Origin: Eledone cirrhosa
Lineage: Eukaryota
Direction of reading: 5' to 3'
Assembly: GCA_964016885.1 (NCBI GenBank)
Contig: OZ024741.1
Span: 309,690,001 to 309,754,000, forward strand
Length of the DNA stretch: 64,000 nucleotides
Part shown: in pieces, positions 51,819-62,900 of the stretch
Position numbering within the stretch: the first letter of the stretch is position 1
How the letters are laid out: the number at the start of each line of letters is the position of its first letter
Notes under the pieces: model-generated
What the model was told of the DNA's origin: nothing
Database searches by the model: none
The model's input: the letters and a program-made list of their open reading frames with translations, nothing else
Program-made: the position numbers and the translations under genes

Positions 51819-54800
51819 TGCAGGCCAGAAGATAGCTTAAGAGGTGTAGAGATGCAGTTGCTTCTTCATCTTATGAAACTTTGTCTGTGAGATTTTTGCT
51901 GATAATATATATATGTATGTATGTGTGAATGAATGTATTATTTGAACAGATTAAAAGTCTAAGCATGGATTCTTTGCTTTCAATCTATTTAAGATCTTCA
52001 GAATAGGGTGAATGCAAAAATTCTGAGTTGAAACTTTAAAGCTGTTCAAGTAATAAATATTTTCCCTCTGTCTCTCTGTGTCTGTGTCTGTGTGTATATA
52101 TATATATATATGAAGCTCGTTGATGAAGTAACTCCAGTCCCCCATTATCTGTAAGGCTTATATTTTTATATGAGCTGATAGATGACGGTTTAAGGATTTA
52201 CAGAAACCCAAGAAGCTAGATATTCCATCTCTCTAGTGGGTCCGGGTATGCATTTTACATTCATTTCATTTATTGATTTATTGATAATTTATCTGAGTGG
52301 CCCGAATCTTCCATATCGAACTTTTCGGTTATTTGGTTGATTGTAGACATATTCTACGTGTGACGGTATTTTAACGATAGTTATAGCTCTAATTTATTTG
52401 AATTATAGAGCCCTCTGCCGATCATCTCGAATTTTGTTTATCGTGAACTCGTGCGCCGATTTTTCGATACTCGATTATTCTACTATATTTAGCTCTAGAC
52501 TTAGCTATTGACCAGTTAATTTTATTGTTCATTTTTTGTCGATTCTATTAAATGATGAATAGCCCCTGTTTATTTTAACATGTCTATTGAGCACTCTTAT
52601 TCGATATGTGTTTTTGTCACATTTTTCCGAATATTTTTGCGGATATAAAGGTTATCTCCCTTGCTGAAATCCATGTGCGTATTTTTAGCCTGGGTCTTAT
52701 CTTTTTATCCATTCGGACGAAGCTCGTTGATGAAGTAACTCCAGTCCCCCATTATCTGTAAGGCTTATATTTTTATATGAGCTGATAGATGACGGTTTAA
52801 GGATTTACAGAAACCCAAGAAGCTAGATATTCCATCTCTCTAGTGGGTCCGGGTATGCATTTTACATTCATTTCATTTATTGATTTATTGATAATTTATC
52901 TGAGTGGCCCGAATCTTCCATATCGAACTTTTCGGTTATTTGGTTGATTGTAGACATATTCTACGTGTGACGGTATTTTAACGATAGTTATAGCTCTAAT
53001 TTATTTGAATTATAGAGCCCTCTGCCGATCATCTCGAATTTTGTTTATCGTGAACTCGTGCGCCGATTTTTCGATACTCGATTATTCTACTATATTTAGC
53101 TCTAGACTTAGCTATTGACCAGTTAATTTTATTGTTCATTTTTTGTCGATTCTATTAAATGATGAATAGCCCCTGTTTATTTTAACATGTCTATTGAGCA
53201 CTCTTATTCGATATGTGTTTTTGTCACATTTTTCCGAATATTTTTGCGGATATAAAGGTTATCTCCCTTGCTGAAATCCATGTGCGTATTTTTAGCCTGG
53301 GTCTTATCTTTTTATCCATTCGGACGAAGCTCGTTGATGAAGTAACTCCAGTCCCCCATTATCTGTAAGGCTTATATTTTTATATGAGCTGATAGATGAC
53401 GGTTTAAGGATTTACAGAAACCCAAGAAGCTAGATATTCCATCTCTCTAGTGGGTCCGGGTATGCATTTTACATTCATTTCATTTATTGATTTATTGATA
53501 ATTTATCTGAGTGGCCCGAATCTTCCATATCGAACTTTTCGGTTATTTGGTTGATTGTAGACATATTCTACGTGTGACGGTATTTTAACGATAGTTATAG
53601 CTCTAATTTATTTGAATTATAGAGCCCTCTGCCGATCATCTCGAATTTTGTTTATCGTGAACTCGTGCGCCGATTTTTCGATACTCGATTATTCTACTAT
53701 ATTTAGCTCTAGACTTAGCTATTGACCAGTTAATTTTATTGTTCATTTTTTGTCGATTCTATTAAATGATGAATAGCCCCTGTTTATTTTAACATGTCTA
53801 TTGAGCACTCTTATTCGATATGTGTTTTTGTCACATTTTTCCGAATATTTTTGCGGATATAAAGGTTATCTCCCTTGCTGAAATCCATGTGCGTATTTTT
53901 AGCCTGGGTCTTATCTTTTTATCCATTCGGACGAAGCTCGTTGATGAAGTAACTCCAGTCCCCCATTATCTGTAAGGCTTATATTTTTATATGAGCTGAT
54001 AGATGACGGTTTAAGGATTTACAGAAACCCAAGAAGCTAGATATTCCATCTCTCTAGTGGGTCCGGGTATGCATTTTACATTCATTTCATTTATTGATTT
54101 ATTGATAATTTATCTGAGTGGCCCGAATCTTCCATATCGAACTTTTCGGTTATTTGGTTGATTGTAGACATATTCTACGTGTGACGGTATTTTAACGATA
54201 GTTATAGCTCTAATTTATTTGAATTATAGAGCCCTCTGCCGATCATCTCGAATTTTGTTTATCGTGAACTCGTGCGCCGATTTTTCGATACTCGATTATT
54301 CTACTATATTTAGCTCTAGACTTAGCTATTGACCAGTTAATTTTATTGTTCATTTTTTGTCGATTCTATTAAATGATGAATAGCCCCTGTTTATTTTAAC
54401 ATGTCTATTGAGCACTCTTATTCGATATGTGTTTTTGTCACATTTTTCCGAATATTTTTGCGGATATAAAGGTTATCTCCCTTGCTGAAATCCATGTGCG
54501 TATTTTTAGCCTGGGTCTTATCTTTTTATCCATTCGGACGAAGCTCGTTGATGAAGTAACTCCAGTCCCCCATTATCTGTAAGGCTTATATTTTTATATG
54601 AGCTGATAGATGACGGTTTAAGGATTTACAGAAACCCAAGAAGCTAGATATTCCATCTCTCTAGTGGGTCCGGGTATGCATTTTACATTCATTTCATTTA
54701 TTGATTTATTGATAATTTATCTGAGTGGCCCGAATCTTCCATATCGAACTTTTCGGTTATTTGGTTGATTGTAGACATATTCTACGTGTGACGGTATTTT

Positions 54801-57800
54801 AACGATAGTTATAGCTCTAATTTATTTGAATTATAGAGCCCTCTGCCGATCATCTCGAATTTTGTTTATCGTGAACTCGTGCGCCGATTTTTCGATACTC
54901 GATTATTCTACTATATTTAGCTCTAGACTTAGCTATTGACCAGTTAATTTTATTGTTCATTTTTTGTCGATTCTATTAAATGATGAATAGCCCCTGTTTA
55001 TTTTAACATGTCTATTGAGCACTCTTATTCGATATGTGTTTTTGTCACATTTTTCCGAATATTTTTGCGGATATAAAGGTTATCTCCCTTGCTGAAATCC
55101 ATGTGCGTATTTTTAGCCTGGGTCTTATCTTTTTATCCATTCGGACGAAGCTCGTTGATGAAGTAACTCCAGTCCCCCATTATCTGTAAGGCTTATATTT
55201 TTATATGAGCTGATAGATGACGGTTTAAGGATTTACAGAAACCCAAGAAGCTAGATATTCCATCTCTCTAGTGGGTCCGGGTATGCATTTTACATTCATT
55301 TCATTTATTGATTTATTGATAATTTATCTGAGTGGCCCGAATCTTCCATATCGAACTTTTCGGTTATTTGGTTGATTGTAGACATATTCTACGTGTGACG
55401 GTATTTTAACGATAGTTATAGCTCTAATTTATTTGAATTATAGAGCCCTCTGCCGATCATCTCGAATTTTGTTTATCGTGAACTCGTGCGCCGATTTTTC
55501 GATACTCGATTATTCTACTATATATATATATATATACAGGGTGTGGACGATATTTGTTCGCAATTTTCAACTGCTAATTTTATGCAAATTGTCACTCTTG
55601 TCTTCATAAAAACAGTGATTATATTTCCATTATTTATTTTCAGAATAATTGATTATGAATAATTTTGAACCTCCAAATTTGTGGAAGAGACACGGAGTTC
55701 TTCTTGGAATCTGCGACGGGAGGACAAATAAGGAAATTTCAGACTTTCTCAGCGTCTGCAGGAGAATGGTGGAAAAGGTCAGAAAGGAATTGGAAGATTC
55801 GGGATTCGACTACGAAGCAACATCAGAGAGGAAAACACATGATCGACGATCTGATGCCTTCAGAACGCCCGAGTTCGTCGCTGAAGTTCAGGATATCAAC
55901 AACAATGAACCTAGCAAGTCAATGCGTGCCATTGCAAGGGAGAAAGGCTTGGATGAAAAGCTCATTAGGCTGGTGGTACATGAAGACATTCACTACGTTT
56001 CATACAAGATGAAGAAAGGACAATTTCTGTCAAAGGTGATGCAAGAAAAGCGACTGAAGCACGCAAAGAAGCTGATCAACAAGTTGAGATACCACTGGAG
56101 CCAGACATGCTGTGGTTTTTCTCCGACGAGAAAAACTTCTGCCAAGACCAGAAGATCAACTCTCACGACAACAGGTGGCTCGCTGTCTCATCCAAAGACG
56201 TGCCCAGAGTCATGAAGACAAAGTTTCCAGCGACAACATTGGTCTTAGGTGTCATCAGCAGTCAAGGTGACGCCATGCCACCTCACTTCTTCCCTGAGGG
56301 CCTCAAGCTGAACACCGATGGCTACATCCGCGTTCTGAGCGAGGTAATAAAGCTCTGGATCGACCAGGTAGCTGCAGGTAGACTCAGCGCCCTGCCATAC
56401 CAGCCAAAAGACCCAAGCCTAGCTGTCAGATAACTTTGTCGACCACACTTCACCCGACATCTGGCCTCCCAGCTCGCCTGACTGCAACCCCCTCGACTTC
56501 TTTGTGTGGGGCACAGTGGAACGAGACACCAACAGATCTAGCTGCAATACGAAAGACGATCTGAAGGCCAAGATCACAAGTGCTTTTAGGGGCCTAAGTC
56601 GGGGAACAGTGACGAAGGCCTGTAGCTGGTTCCGAGGCCGTCTTGAGACTGTCATCAAAGCCAATGGCAGGTTTATTGAGTGAGATCGAAAGAACAAGTC
56701 ATGAAGACAAACTGACCCAAGTTTGATAAATATATCTTAAAAAATAAAACTAGTTATTTTTTCCTAGACAGTAATCTTGCGAACAAATATCGTCCGCACC
56801 CTGTATGTATGTATATATATATATATATATATAAAATCACCGGGAGAGATGACCCCTTAGCCTTTGTCAAGGCAGAATTCTAGGAGAAGGAAAACTCTGA
56901 TATAACACTTGCAACCCGGATGGTATCCAATGATGTTGACTTGTTCTTCTTTTTGGTAAATATCATCTTGGTTAAGAGAGTGGGACTGGCTTTGTGCAGT
57001 GCCTTTGCTCACTATAAAAGCTTCACGGCACAGGCATTGCTTTGTATCTGGAGATCTCTCTGCACTTGTCGTTACATGGTACCATGGGCCCAGCACTATG
57101 TGTCAATAATTGTCACATGTGTAGTGTTTGTACCAGAGTTCTCAAGTCGCTGGCTGGACTAAAAAGTCACACTCATTCAGCGCATCGGCGGGGGTTCTCC
57201 TACATGGATATAAAGTAGTGGCCGTACTCGAAAACGAGTTGGCAGCCACCATATATATATATATAATTTATTTCAGATGGAAATAGCTTCTACAAGACTC
57301 ACACTGTTTCCTTCAGTTGAAATCATACGGACTTTCTTGTTGATTTCAACCTCACTACTGAGTACTTTATTTACTGTGGTCACTTTCCAGTCTTCTATTG
57401 GTTTCAATAATTAGGCTGCAGCCATGCTGGGGCATCACCATGGCCTTTGCAGGCTCTTCAAGGTCAGTAAAATTGATGCCATTAATGCTTTACATTTAAC
57501 CCTTTTGATACCAACCTATCCAAAATACCTTCTGGTTCTATGAAACAAAACCACCCAAAGATGCTTTTAAGGGTTTCTATTTATATATAAACCTTCCAAC
57601 ATAATGTTACTTTTGTTAGGTCCAATGTTACAATACTATTTTAATAATGATGAAATATTTAATAATTTAAGTAAAATCCTCTAAATTCTTCAATAACTAA
57701 TTCAGATACAGTAAATTTCATTAGAAATACAGTAATGAAAAGTTTAGGCAGCCACAAAACAATGCCTCCCAATATTCTGATGATAAAGAACTGGGCATCG

Positions 57801-58335
57801 TGGTTAGTGCAGGATCTGAGAGGTGGGGAGATAATCTAGAGTGATGAGAGAAGAGACAAGTGAGTCAAGCATGCAAGAGTAGAGTTGGCACAAAACCAGC
57901 ATACTCTGAGGAGCAAAACCAATGAAGTAATGGTAGAAAAGGGTGAAGAGACAGTTATGTCTGTGGACCAGAAATTGGACTGTGTCTGTGAGTGAGATTA
58001 AGCTAATCAAACAAGTGGCCTTTCTTTGGATGTAGTGTAGGATGTCTGTACAAATAGCAGCAGTACCATCCCTGATGTGAGAACAATATTCTATTGTGAT
58101 AGCCAGACAGATAGACAGACAAACAGTTGGATAGATAGAGTAAAAGAGACAGATAGACAGACTTGCAGATAGATAAATCAAATAGACAAGCAGGCAGATA
58201 AACAAATAGAGTGACAGACATATTGAATCAAATTTATTACTTACAGATCACAGCAGCATTACATTTGTTGTTAGCGAAACGAAACTCTTTAATTCTTTCT
58301 TTGACACCATCATTCAATTCACAGACCGGTTGAGA
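29601..58335 (-). CDS. GMF: Glia maturation factor (ADF-H family), spliced: join(58245-58335, 48285-48334, 43316-43448, 40383-40456, 29601-29672); ATG exon not located
   Basis: All introns are GT-AG with compatible phases. Protein: [139 protein letters not shown], with GMF signatures DGRVSYPL and [12 protein letters not shown]. Confidence 0.95.
30021..33799 (-). mobile_element. Full-length RTE-clade LINE in the last GMF intron, same orientation as GMF
   Basis: Intact ORF, ~380-nt 3'UTR ending GGACGTTAAACGTT(GAT)n, 5'UTR with two CCAAT boxes; no TSD recognised. Confidence 0.95.
30401..33631 (-). CDS. RTE polyprotein (APE endonuclease, reverse transcriptase, PHD-like zinc finger), 1076 aa, intact
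   Basis: APE motifs [32 protein letters not shown]; RT motifs [31 protein letters not shown]; C-terminal [16 protein letters not shown]. Confidence 0.97.
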   Translation of the reverse strand: MDCGILESGGEREKSGRSATMPKIKTNSPLGRECEHSSLFRPRTANITPSPPAPHRPQPPNAIQNFRVGTINVGTLKGRANEVVEMLERKEVDACCIQETRWRGGSARFIEGKKRCYKLFWVGNDDGLGGVGIMVAEKWADKIIDVNRVNDRIIKIRLVLNRTTVTVISAYAPQSGLPGTIKDRFYETLMLTTSQISDSDYIIIAGDLNGHVGQHCDGYDEIHGGYGFGTRNEEGSRILEFCDANNLTICNTNFKKRDNHLITYRSGEHTSQVDYILTRRRDRVSVVNTKSLPHEECTSQHRLIISDLIVRTRRTRQQKRTILRRKIWKLKDPTARNKFQSILLDAFDSKEEHLESDNIEGEWEFLKANLLLATDEVCGWSRPVGRRRVTWWWNSKVEGSIKAKKQAWKVWRDGGSREDYQVARREARRQVYLARREAEERKFKHVLQRDDQKREVFRIARQCVKENRDIVGEKCVLNDDGTLAITDADKKVAWKCHYERLLNEENNWEKGSLPHIDPIEGPAVLVEGSIISKAIKDMKTGKAAGPSEIVAEMLKASGTVGHTMVTRIVNQVVQNGVVPKDWHSSIIVNCYKGKGDALDRSNYRGIKLIDQVMKVTERVIAQLIRERIDLDEMQFGFVSGKSTTDALFIVRQLQEKYLAKGKPLYLAFVDLEKAFDRVPRSIIWWALRKLGVDEWLVRAIQAMYKETVSKVRINNEYSEEFSVKVGVHQGSVLSPLLFIIALQAITEEFKTGCPWELLYADDLTLIAESIAELEKKFQTWKHGLESKGLKINLAKTKVLVCRKENKAAVPSGKWSCSVCRKGVGRNSILCPKCKVWVHKRCSGITGKLTKNIDFTCGRCSGAISSSKCPQTTSSFNCAEGSIEIVDSFRYLGDKISSGGGCSESTVARVRTGWKKFRELIPLLAAKGFSLKMKGRLYDACIRTAMLHGSETWALCAEDIRRLERNEACMLRWMCNSNIRERQSINELRNKLEIRGIRCCLLERRLRWYGHVMRMKVDSCITKCRAIKIDGSHGIGRPRKTWDELINSDITHLHLSKTMSLDRDLWRYSVTEKTRLT
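33800..38656 (-). repeat. Tandem array of ~530-560-bp monomers (8 full plus 1 truncated) fused to the RTE 5' end
   Basis: Unit starts TAGCTAGCAAGAAGG (33800, 34352, ... 38178); units differ almost only in (GA)n length. Confidence 0.95.
40383..40456 (-). CDS. GMF: GMF coding exon (74 nt)
   Basis: CAG acceptor, GTTGGT donor; [25 protein letters not shown]. Confidence 0.93.
40671..40763 (+). ncRNA. Type I hammerhead ribozyme with long stem II, between (TA)n tracts
   Basis: TACTC-CTGAAGA-t ATGTA..GGA.CAG...CTG TCC TACAT t-GAAA-CATTCG-TA^GAGTA. Confidence 0.8.
41600..42240 (+). pseudogene. Internal RTE reverse-transcriptase fragment
   Basis: [10 protein letters not shown]...[11 protein letters not shown]...QGSVLNP; in-frame stop near 41754; truncated at both ends. 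Confidence 0.9.
43316..43448 (-). CDS. GMF: GMF coding exon (133 nt)
   Basis: CAG acceptor, GTGAGT donor; [18 protein letters not shown]...FVSPQ. Confidence 0.95.
43665..44390 (+). mobile_element. Degraded R4/Dong-type (RLE) non-LTR retrotransposon pieces
   Basis: Decayed frames read [30 protein letters not shown]; then KCSMCN, Y..RHERVG.YI, EKL.KYKDL. Confidence 0.6.
44960..45750. repeat. GAT/GGT/AAT/AGT trinucleotide-derived minisatellite (21-bp core)
   Basis: GGTGGTGATGGTAATGATGGTAGT-type units with a higher-order block containing GACAGAAGT. Confidence 0.92.
46256..46445. mobile_element. piggyBac-like MITE, family 1
   Basis: Perfect 14-bp TIR CCCTTTAGCATTTA/TAAATGCTAAAGGG with TTAA on both sides; a second TTAA MITE family starts immediately after it. 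Confidence 0.85.
48285..48334 (-). CDS. GMF: GMF coding exon (50 nt)
   Basis: CAG acceptor, GTAAGA donor; (L)[16 protein letters not shown]. Confidence 0.9.
49153..49402. mobile_element. TTAA MITE, family 2 (also ~18050-18281, ~46446-46680, ~57497-57745)
   Basis: TTAA..TTTTGATACCA / TGGTATTGAAAGGG TTAA termini; shared internal sequence. Confidence 0.6.
50703..51498. repeat. Compound minisatellite of ACTGTAC plus (AT)n
   Basis: Seen directly. Confidence 0.95.
51606..51680. mobile_element. Tiny Tc1/mariner-type MITE
   Basis: Imperfect TIRs CAGGATGTCCCACAAAAATGTATA / TATACATTTTTTGGGGACACCTTG. Confidence 0.6.
52112..55523 (+). repeat. 607-bp tandem array (5.6 apparently identical units) in (TA)n; candidate retrozyme or Penelope-derived array
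   Basis: Units start at 52112, 52719, 53326, 53933, 54540 and 55147 (partial); no long ORF; each unit contains a hammerhead-like fold. Confidence 0.93.
52115..52247 (+). ncRNA. Variant type I hammerhead (C3U), repeated 6 times at 607-bp intervals (last copy 55150-55282)
   Basis: Stem I GCTCG/CGGGT; core TTGATGA; stem II GTAACTCC/GGATTTAC with nested hairpins; GAAA; stem III CCCA/TGGG plus CTAGA/TCTAG; cleavage triplet GTC at 52240-52242. Confidence 0.6.
55537..56803 (+). mobile_element. Tc1/mariner DD37D (maT) DNA transposon with inactivated transposase
   Basis: 27-bp TIRs CAGGGTGTGGACGATATTTGTTCGCAA (1 mismatch), TA flanks; [13 protein letters not shown]...[12 protein letters not shown] with 37 residues between the last two Asp; frameshifts and a deletion before DSAP. 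Confidence 0.93.
57790..58100 (-). mobile_element. Degraded CR1/Jockey-group LINE 3' fragment
   Basis: IEYCSHI.DG...IQRKA..LI, a typical post-RT motif; a similar LWNSL-type relic lies near 21430. Confidence 0.55.
58245..58335 (-). CDS. GMF: GMF coding exon 2 (91 nt)
   Basis: TTTTTCTTTCCAG acceptor, GTAAGT donor; [30 protein letters not shown]. Confidence 0.92.
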
Positions 58336-61199
58336 CTGGAAAGAAAAATAATGTGGGAAAAATACTTCTTGAATAATCTCCGAAAAAACCAAACAGGTTG
58401 CAGTCTGTCAATGGCTAATTTATAGTGACTATTGAAGGAGGATTTATGTTTTATAGATCAGTTGTAGGTGATCATTAAGTTTAGAACTAAACTCAAAAAT
58501 CACCCAGATGAACTCTTTTTCACTCAGTGGTGAATACAGCTGTCCAGATAAAGCTGAGAGTACAAAACCATAAGGTATGCATTTTTAATCCAAGTTATCA
58601 CACACATACAAACAGCAATGCTCAAAACTTAGCTTATCAACTTCACTTTGATACTAACTGCACTGGACTGAAAGGAAAATTATGGAGATTTACAGATGTC
58701 AACATTTTGAGCCTGTGTGGCAATAAAATCGTTTCTAATTTAGGCACAAGGCCAACAATTGTAGGGAGAGGGTAAAGTCGATTAAATTATCCCCGGTGTA
58801 TTACTGGTACTTTGTTTTATCAACTCAGAAAGGGTGAAAGGCAAAGCTAACCTCAGTGGGATTTGAACTCAGAACATAAAGGGCTATGACTATATGCCAC
58901 AAAGTATGTTGTTCGACGCTCTACTGATATTGCCATTCCACATGTTTAAGTTAGATGAAGAAAAGTAGGGCCCAAGGTTATTTTAAACCTCTCCAGGGCC
59001 CCTAAGGACCAGGTAGTCGTCAAATGATGGATTAAGTCAAAAATAAGAACGGATCCTATGACAGATTTCCATACTGTTTCTATCAACTAAATTTCACTCA
59101 CAAGGCTTTGGTTGACTTGAAGCTATCATAAAAGACATTTGCCCATTGAGGTCACACTTAAATTATAACCATAACCATTTATTTGTGCAGTGAACTACTT
59201 AATTACAGTCATGCCTACATCCTTGATTGAACAAACCGATGATCTAAACATGGCAAGCTTGGACTACATTATTCAATGTATCCTTCCTTTTCTAAGAGAT
59301 GAACAAATTACGCCAAACTGTCAGGCAAATGGCACACATACGTATTCTATATTGTTATCTAAAGTAAATAAGAAAACTAAAAAAAGAAAAGCTGGACAAA
59401 TAGGTTTCTACTTGAACGAAACTCGATTGAAACCAGACATTGCACAAATGATGCTGCAGAAGCTCAGTAAATTGGGTTATTAAACTTAGCTTCATCCACC
59501 ATCTGTCAGCCACCAGCTACCATTGAGGCAACGTATAACAAAATTTAACCCCTCCTCCATAAATCTTAATAATGGTGCAGATGCATTTTTTAATGCTTAT
59601 AAGTTATTGGGAGGAACTGTGCTCATAATATTTGCAGGCCCACCCAGTTTGACACGCTGATGCCAAGACATTTACAAGAAAACATGTATGGGGAGGGAAC
59701 AGGTGCTCTTTTTCCAATTATTTGAAATAGGGTGAACTGCGCTAAAGGAATATGTGTTCAGACGTATTAGGCCTGCCACCTGTAGTGAAACGGAAGAATC
59801 TGAGCATACCTGTGGCGATTCATGCTGGCAAATATGCTTGCACAATGAGGTAAATTAGTACGACGGGGGGAGGAGGAGAAATCCGATGTTTCTGTAACAA
59901 TTATTTAGGTCCTTAAACAGATTTCTTCTTGTAGTCTAATCGTAATAATTGTTTGCGTACTAAAATAAATATACTTATTTGACAGCAATGTCGGTACTTT
60001 TTTTTTTATCATGCTCATTTTCACCAACTAACAGATATAGAGGTATAGAATAAACCAAAATGAATAGGTATTTTTTTCTTCTATGAAGCCCGCGTGTACT
60101 TACGAATTTATGAAAGGGTAAATTTTTCGGAAGCCTTAAACTGTCAATTTAGATAGAATGAACGATGAGAAGATGCGAATGAATTGAGTGTCTGAGTGAA
60201 TAAAGGAAAATTCTTTCTTTTTTCTTTTTTTTTTATAAAAGAGACCCTATTAATTAAAGCTATATGGGTAGATCACATGATCTCCAAACTGGTAGCCAAA
60301 TTGCAAATAAACACTCGTGATGTCAAGAGGAAAATTGACTGAAAAAACAAATGCACCACTTATATACATCCTAAATTTTGCTCTTAAAAATAAATTATAC
60401 TAACACATACGTTCATATATATACATAGGTGTGTGATTTCATTCGTTGAAGCCATCAAACACTCATATTACACAATAAACAGTCATATCAACATATAATT
60501 CATTACATTCATAAACATGATAGTGTACGGAAGTGGGTATGGGAACCATTTCTAGGTGCATATGTATAAATAGACGGGAATGACTTTTAAAGCAGTATTT
60601 AATAAATATATGTTTATAATTTCCATATAACTTACTTAAAGAAGAAAAAAAAAAAGAGAGGAAAAGCAGAGACCTTAAATTGATTATTTTCACTTCCTCT
60701 TAAAGTATTGGAACAACACTTTTAGTTAGTTTATGTAAATACTTATTTACCAAACAAATATTGTTTAGCGATTGCTAAAAATAAATTCAGTTTGAAGATT
60801 TAACAATTATCTTTTAAATGGTGTTTTTCTTTATCAACTAGTTTCTACCTTTAACCAGTTAGCGAGAGATTATTACTTTTATCATCAACGTTTTACTATC
60901 ACATGCTTTATATATAGGATGTCCAACTATGGATGTGTGTGTATCTGTGTGTTTGTGTGTGCAATACAACCGTCGCATGCAACTGGAGTATAACATGCAC
61001 CATGGCTTTCGCTATCTTTTTAAGATACCCATATAATCGAGAGTGCACAGATATCAACTCGACTCACCCATGCTTAACCTAGCGGAACGTCCAAGACGTG
61101 ACAGCTGGAGGGACAAAGTATTGCATATATATATATATATAATACACACACACATATATATATATAATACACACACACACACATATATATATATATAAT

Positions 61200-61255
<56 letters not shown>

Positions 61256-61259
<4 letters not shown>

Positions 61260-62900
61260 GGTAAGGCTGCTGGACCATCGGGAATAGTTGCTGAGATGCT
61301 GAAGGCATCAGGGGACGTAGGCACTAAACTGGTTGCACGCATCATCAATCAGGCTATATATGGTGGTGTCATACCCAAAGACTGGTGCAGCAGTATTCTC
61401 ATAAATTGCTACAAAGGTAAAGGGGATGCTCTGGAGAGGAGCAATTATAGGGGTATAAAACTGATAGATCAGGTTATGAAAGTGGCAGAAAGGATATTAG
61501 CACAACTAATTAGAGAAAGGGTCAAACCAGATGAGATGCAGTTTGGTTTTGTGCCTGGGAAGAGTACAACAGATGCCCTCTTCTTGGTGAGACAATTGCA
61601 AGAGAGGTTCTTAGAGAAAAATAAGCCACTATACTTAGCCTTTGTTGACCTAGAGAAGACCTTTGATAGGGTACCCCGATCTGTCATCTGGTGGTCCCTA
61701 AGGAAGCTAGGTGTTGAGGAATGGCTTGTGAGGACAGTCCAAACTTTGTACAGAGGTACTCTCAGTAAAGTCAGGGTAGGAATGGAGTTTAGTGAGGAAT
61801 TCCAGATACAAGTAGGAGTACATCAGGGTTCGGTCCTCAGCCTGCTCTTGTTCATTATAGTCCTCCAAGCCATAACAGAGGAGTTTAAGACTGGCTGTCC
61901 ATGGGAACTTCTCTATGCTGACGATCTGGTTCTTATAGCAGAATCAGTAGAGGAGCTAGAGAATAAATTCTGGCTATGGAAACAGCAGTTGGAAGCAAGA
62001 GGACTGAGAGTGAACCTAGCTAAGACAAAAGTGTTGATGAGTAGAAATGAGGACAAAACCCTGATTCCGTCAGGGAAATGGCCATGTTCGATATGCAGAA
62101 AAGGAACTGGCATAAATTCTATAAAATGCACACAATGCAGATCCTGGGTACACAAGAGATGTAGCGGGATAGCAGGCAAACTAACAGGTAGAGAGAAATA
62201 TGTATGCAGTAGATGTACAGGGAAATTAGACAGTAGAAGTCGCATTGATAGACACATTTTTCAAATGCAGGAGGGCGCTATAGAAGTGGTGGATAGCTTC
62301 CGGTACCTAGGAGATCAGATTAGCATGGGAGGAGGGTGTTCCGAGGCCATATTATCTAGAATAAGGACGGGTTGGAAGAAGTTTAGGGAGCTGCTTTCTC
62401 TGTTGACGAAGAAGGGTTTCTCCCTGCGTACGAAAGGCCGGTTGTATGATGCCTGTGTGAGGAGCGCGATGCTGCATGGTAGTGAGACATGGGCAGCAAC
62501 TGCAGAGGATATGCGACGGCTGGAGAGAAATGAGGCAAGCATGCTCCGTTGGATGTGCAGTGTAAATGTGCGTGAACGACCCAGCATAAATGTGTTGAGA
62601 GAGAAACTGTCTGAGAGGGATAGAATGCAGTGTACGGGAGAGGAGACTGAGGTGGTATGGACATGTGATGCGCATGGAGGATGACCGATGGGTGAAGAAG
62701 TGCCAGGAAATGCCAGTTGAAGGAAGATGTGGTAGAGGTAGACCACGAAAAACATGGGCAGAGGTGGTGAGAACAGACCTCAGATCATTGAAGCTCACGG
62801 TGGAGATGACGAAGGACCGTGACGAGTGGAGAGATGCTGTGCTGAATAAGACCCGTCCCACCCTTACAAGCAGGGAAAAGCGGACGTAAAATGATGATGA

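Noticed and set aside
51820-51892. CAGAAGA...GAAAC.TTT.GTC hammerhead-like motif
   Set aside because: Core change and no stem I pairing.
56835-57250. GC-richer block between TA tracts with short ORFs
   Set aside because: Probably a TE fragment, but no motif could be assigned.
60090-61003. Candidates for GMF exon 1 (GTAAGT donor near 60100; GCCATG|GTGCAT at 61001-61003)
   Set aside because: The strong donor is not preceded by ATG and the ATG candidate has a weak donor; cDNA is needed, and exon 1 may lie outside the window.
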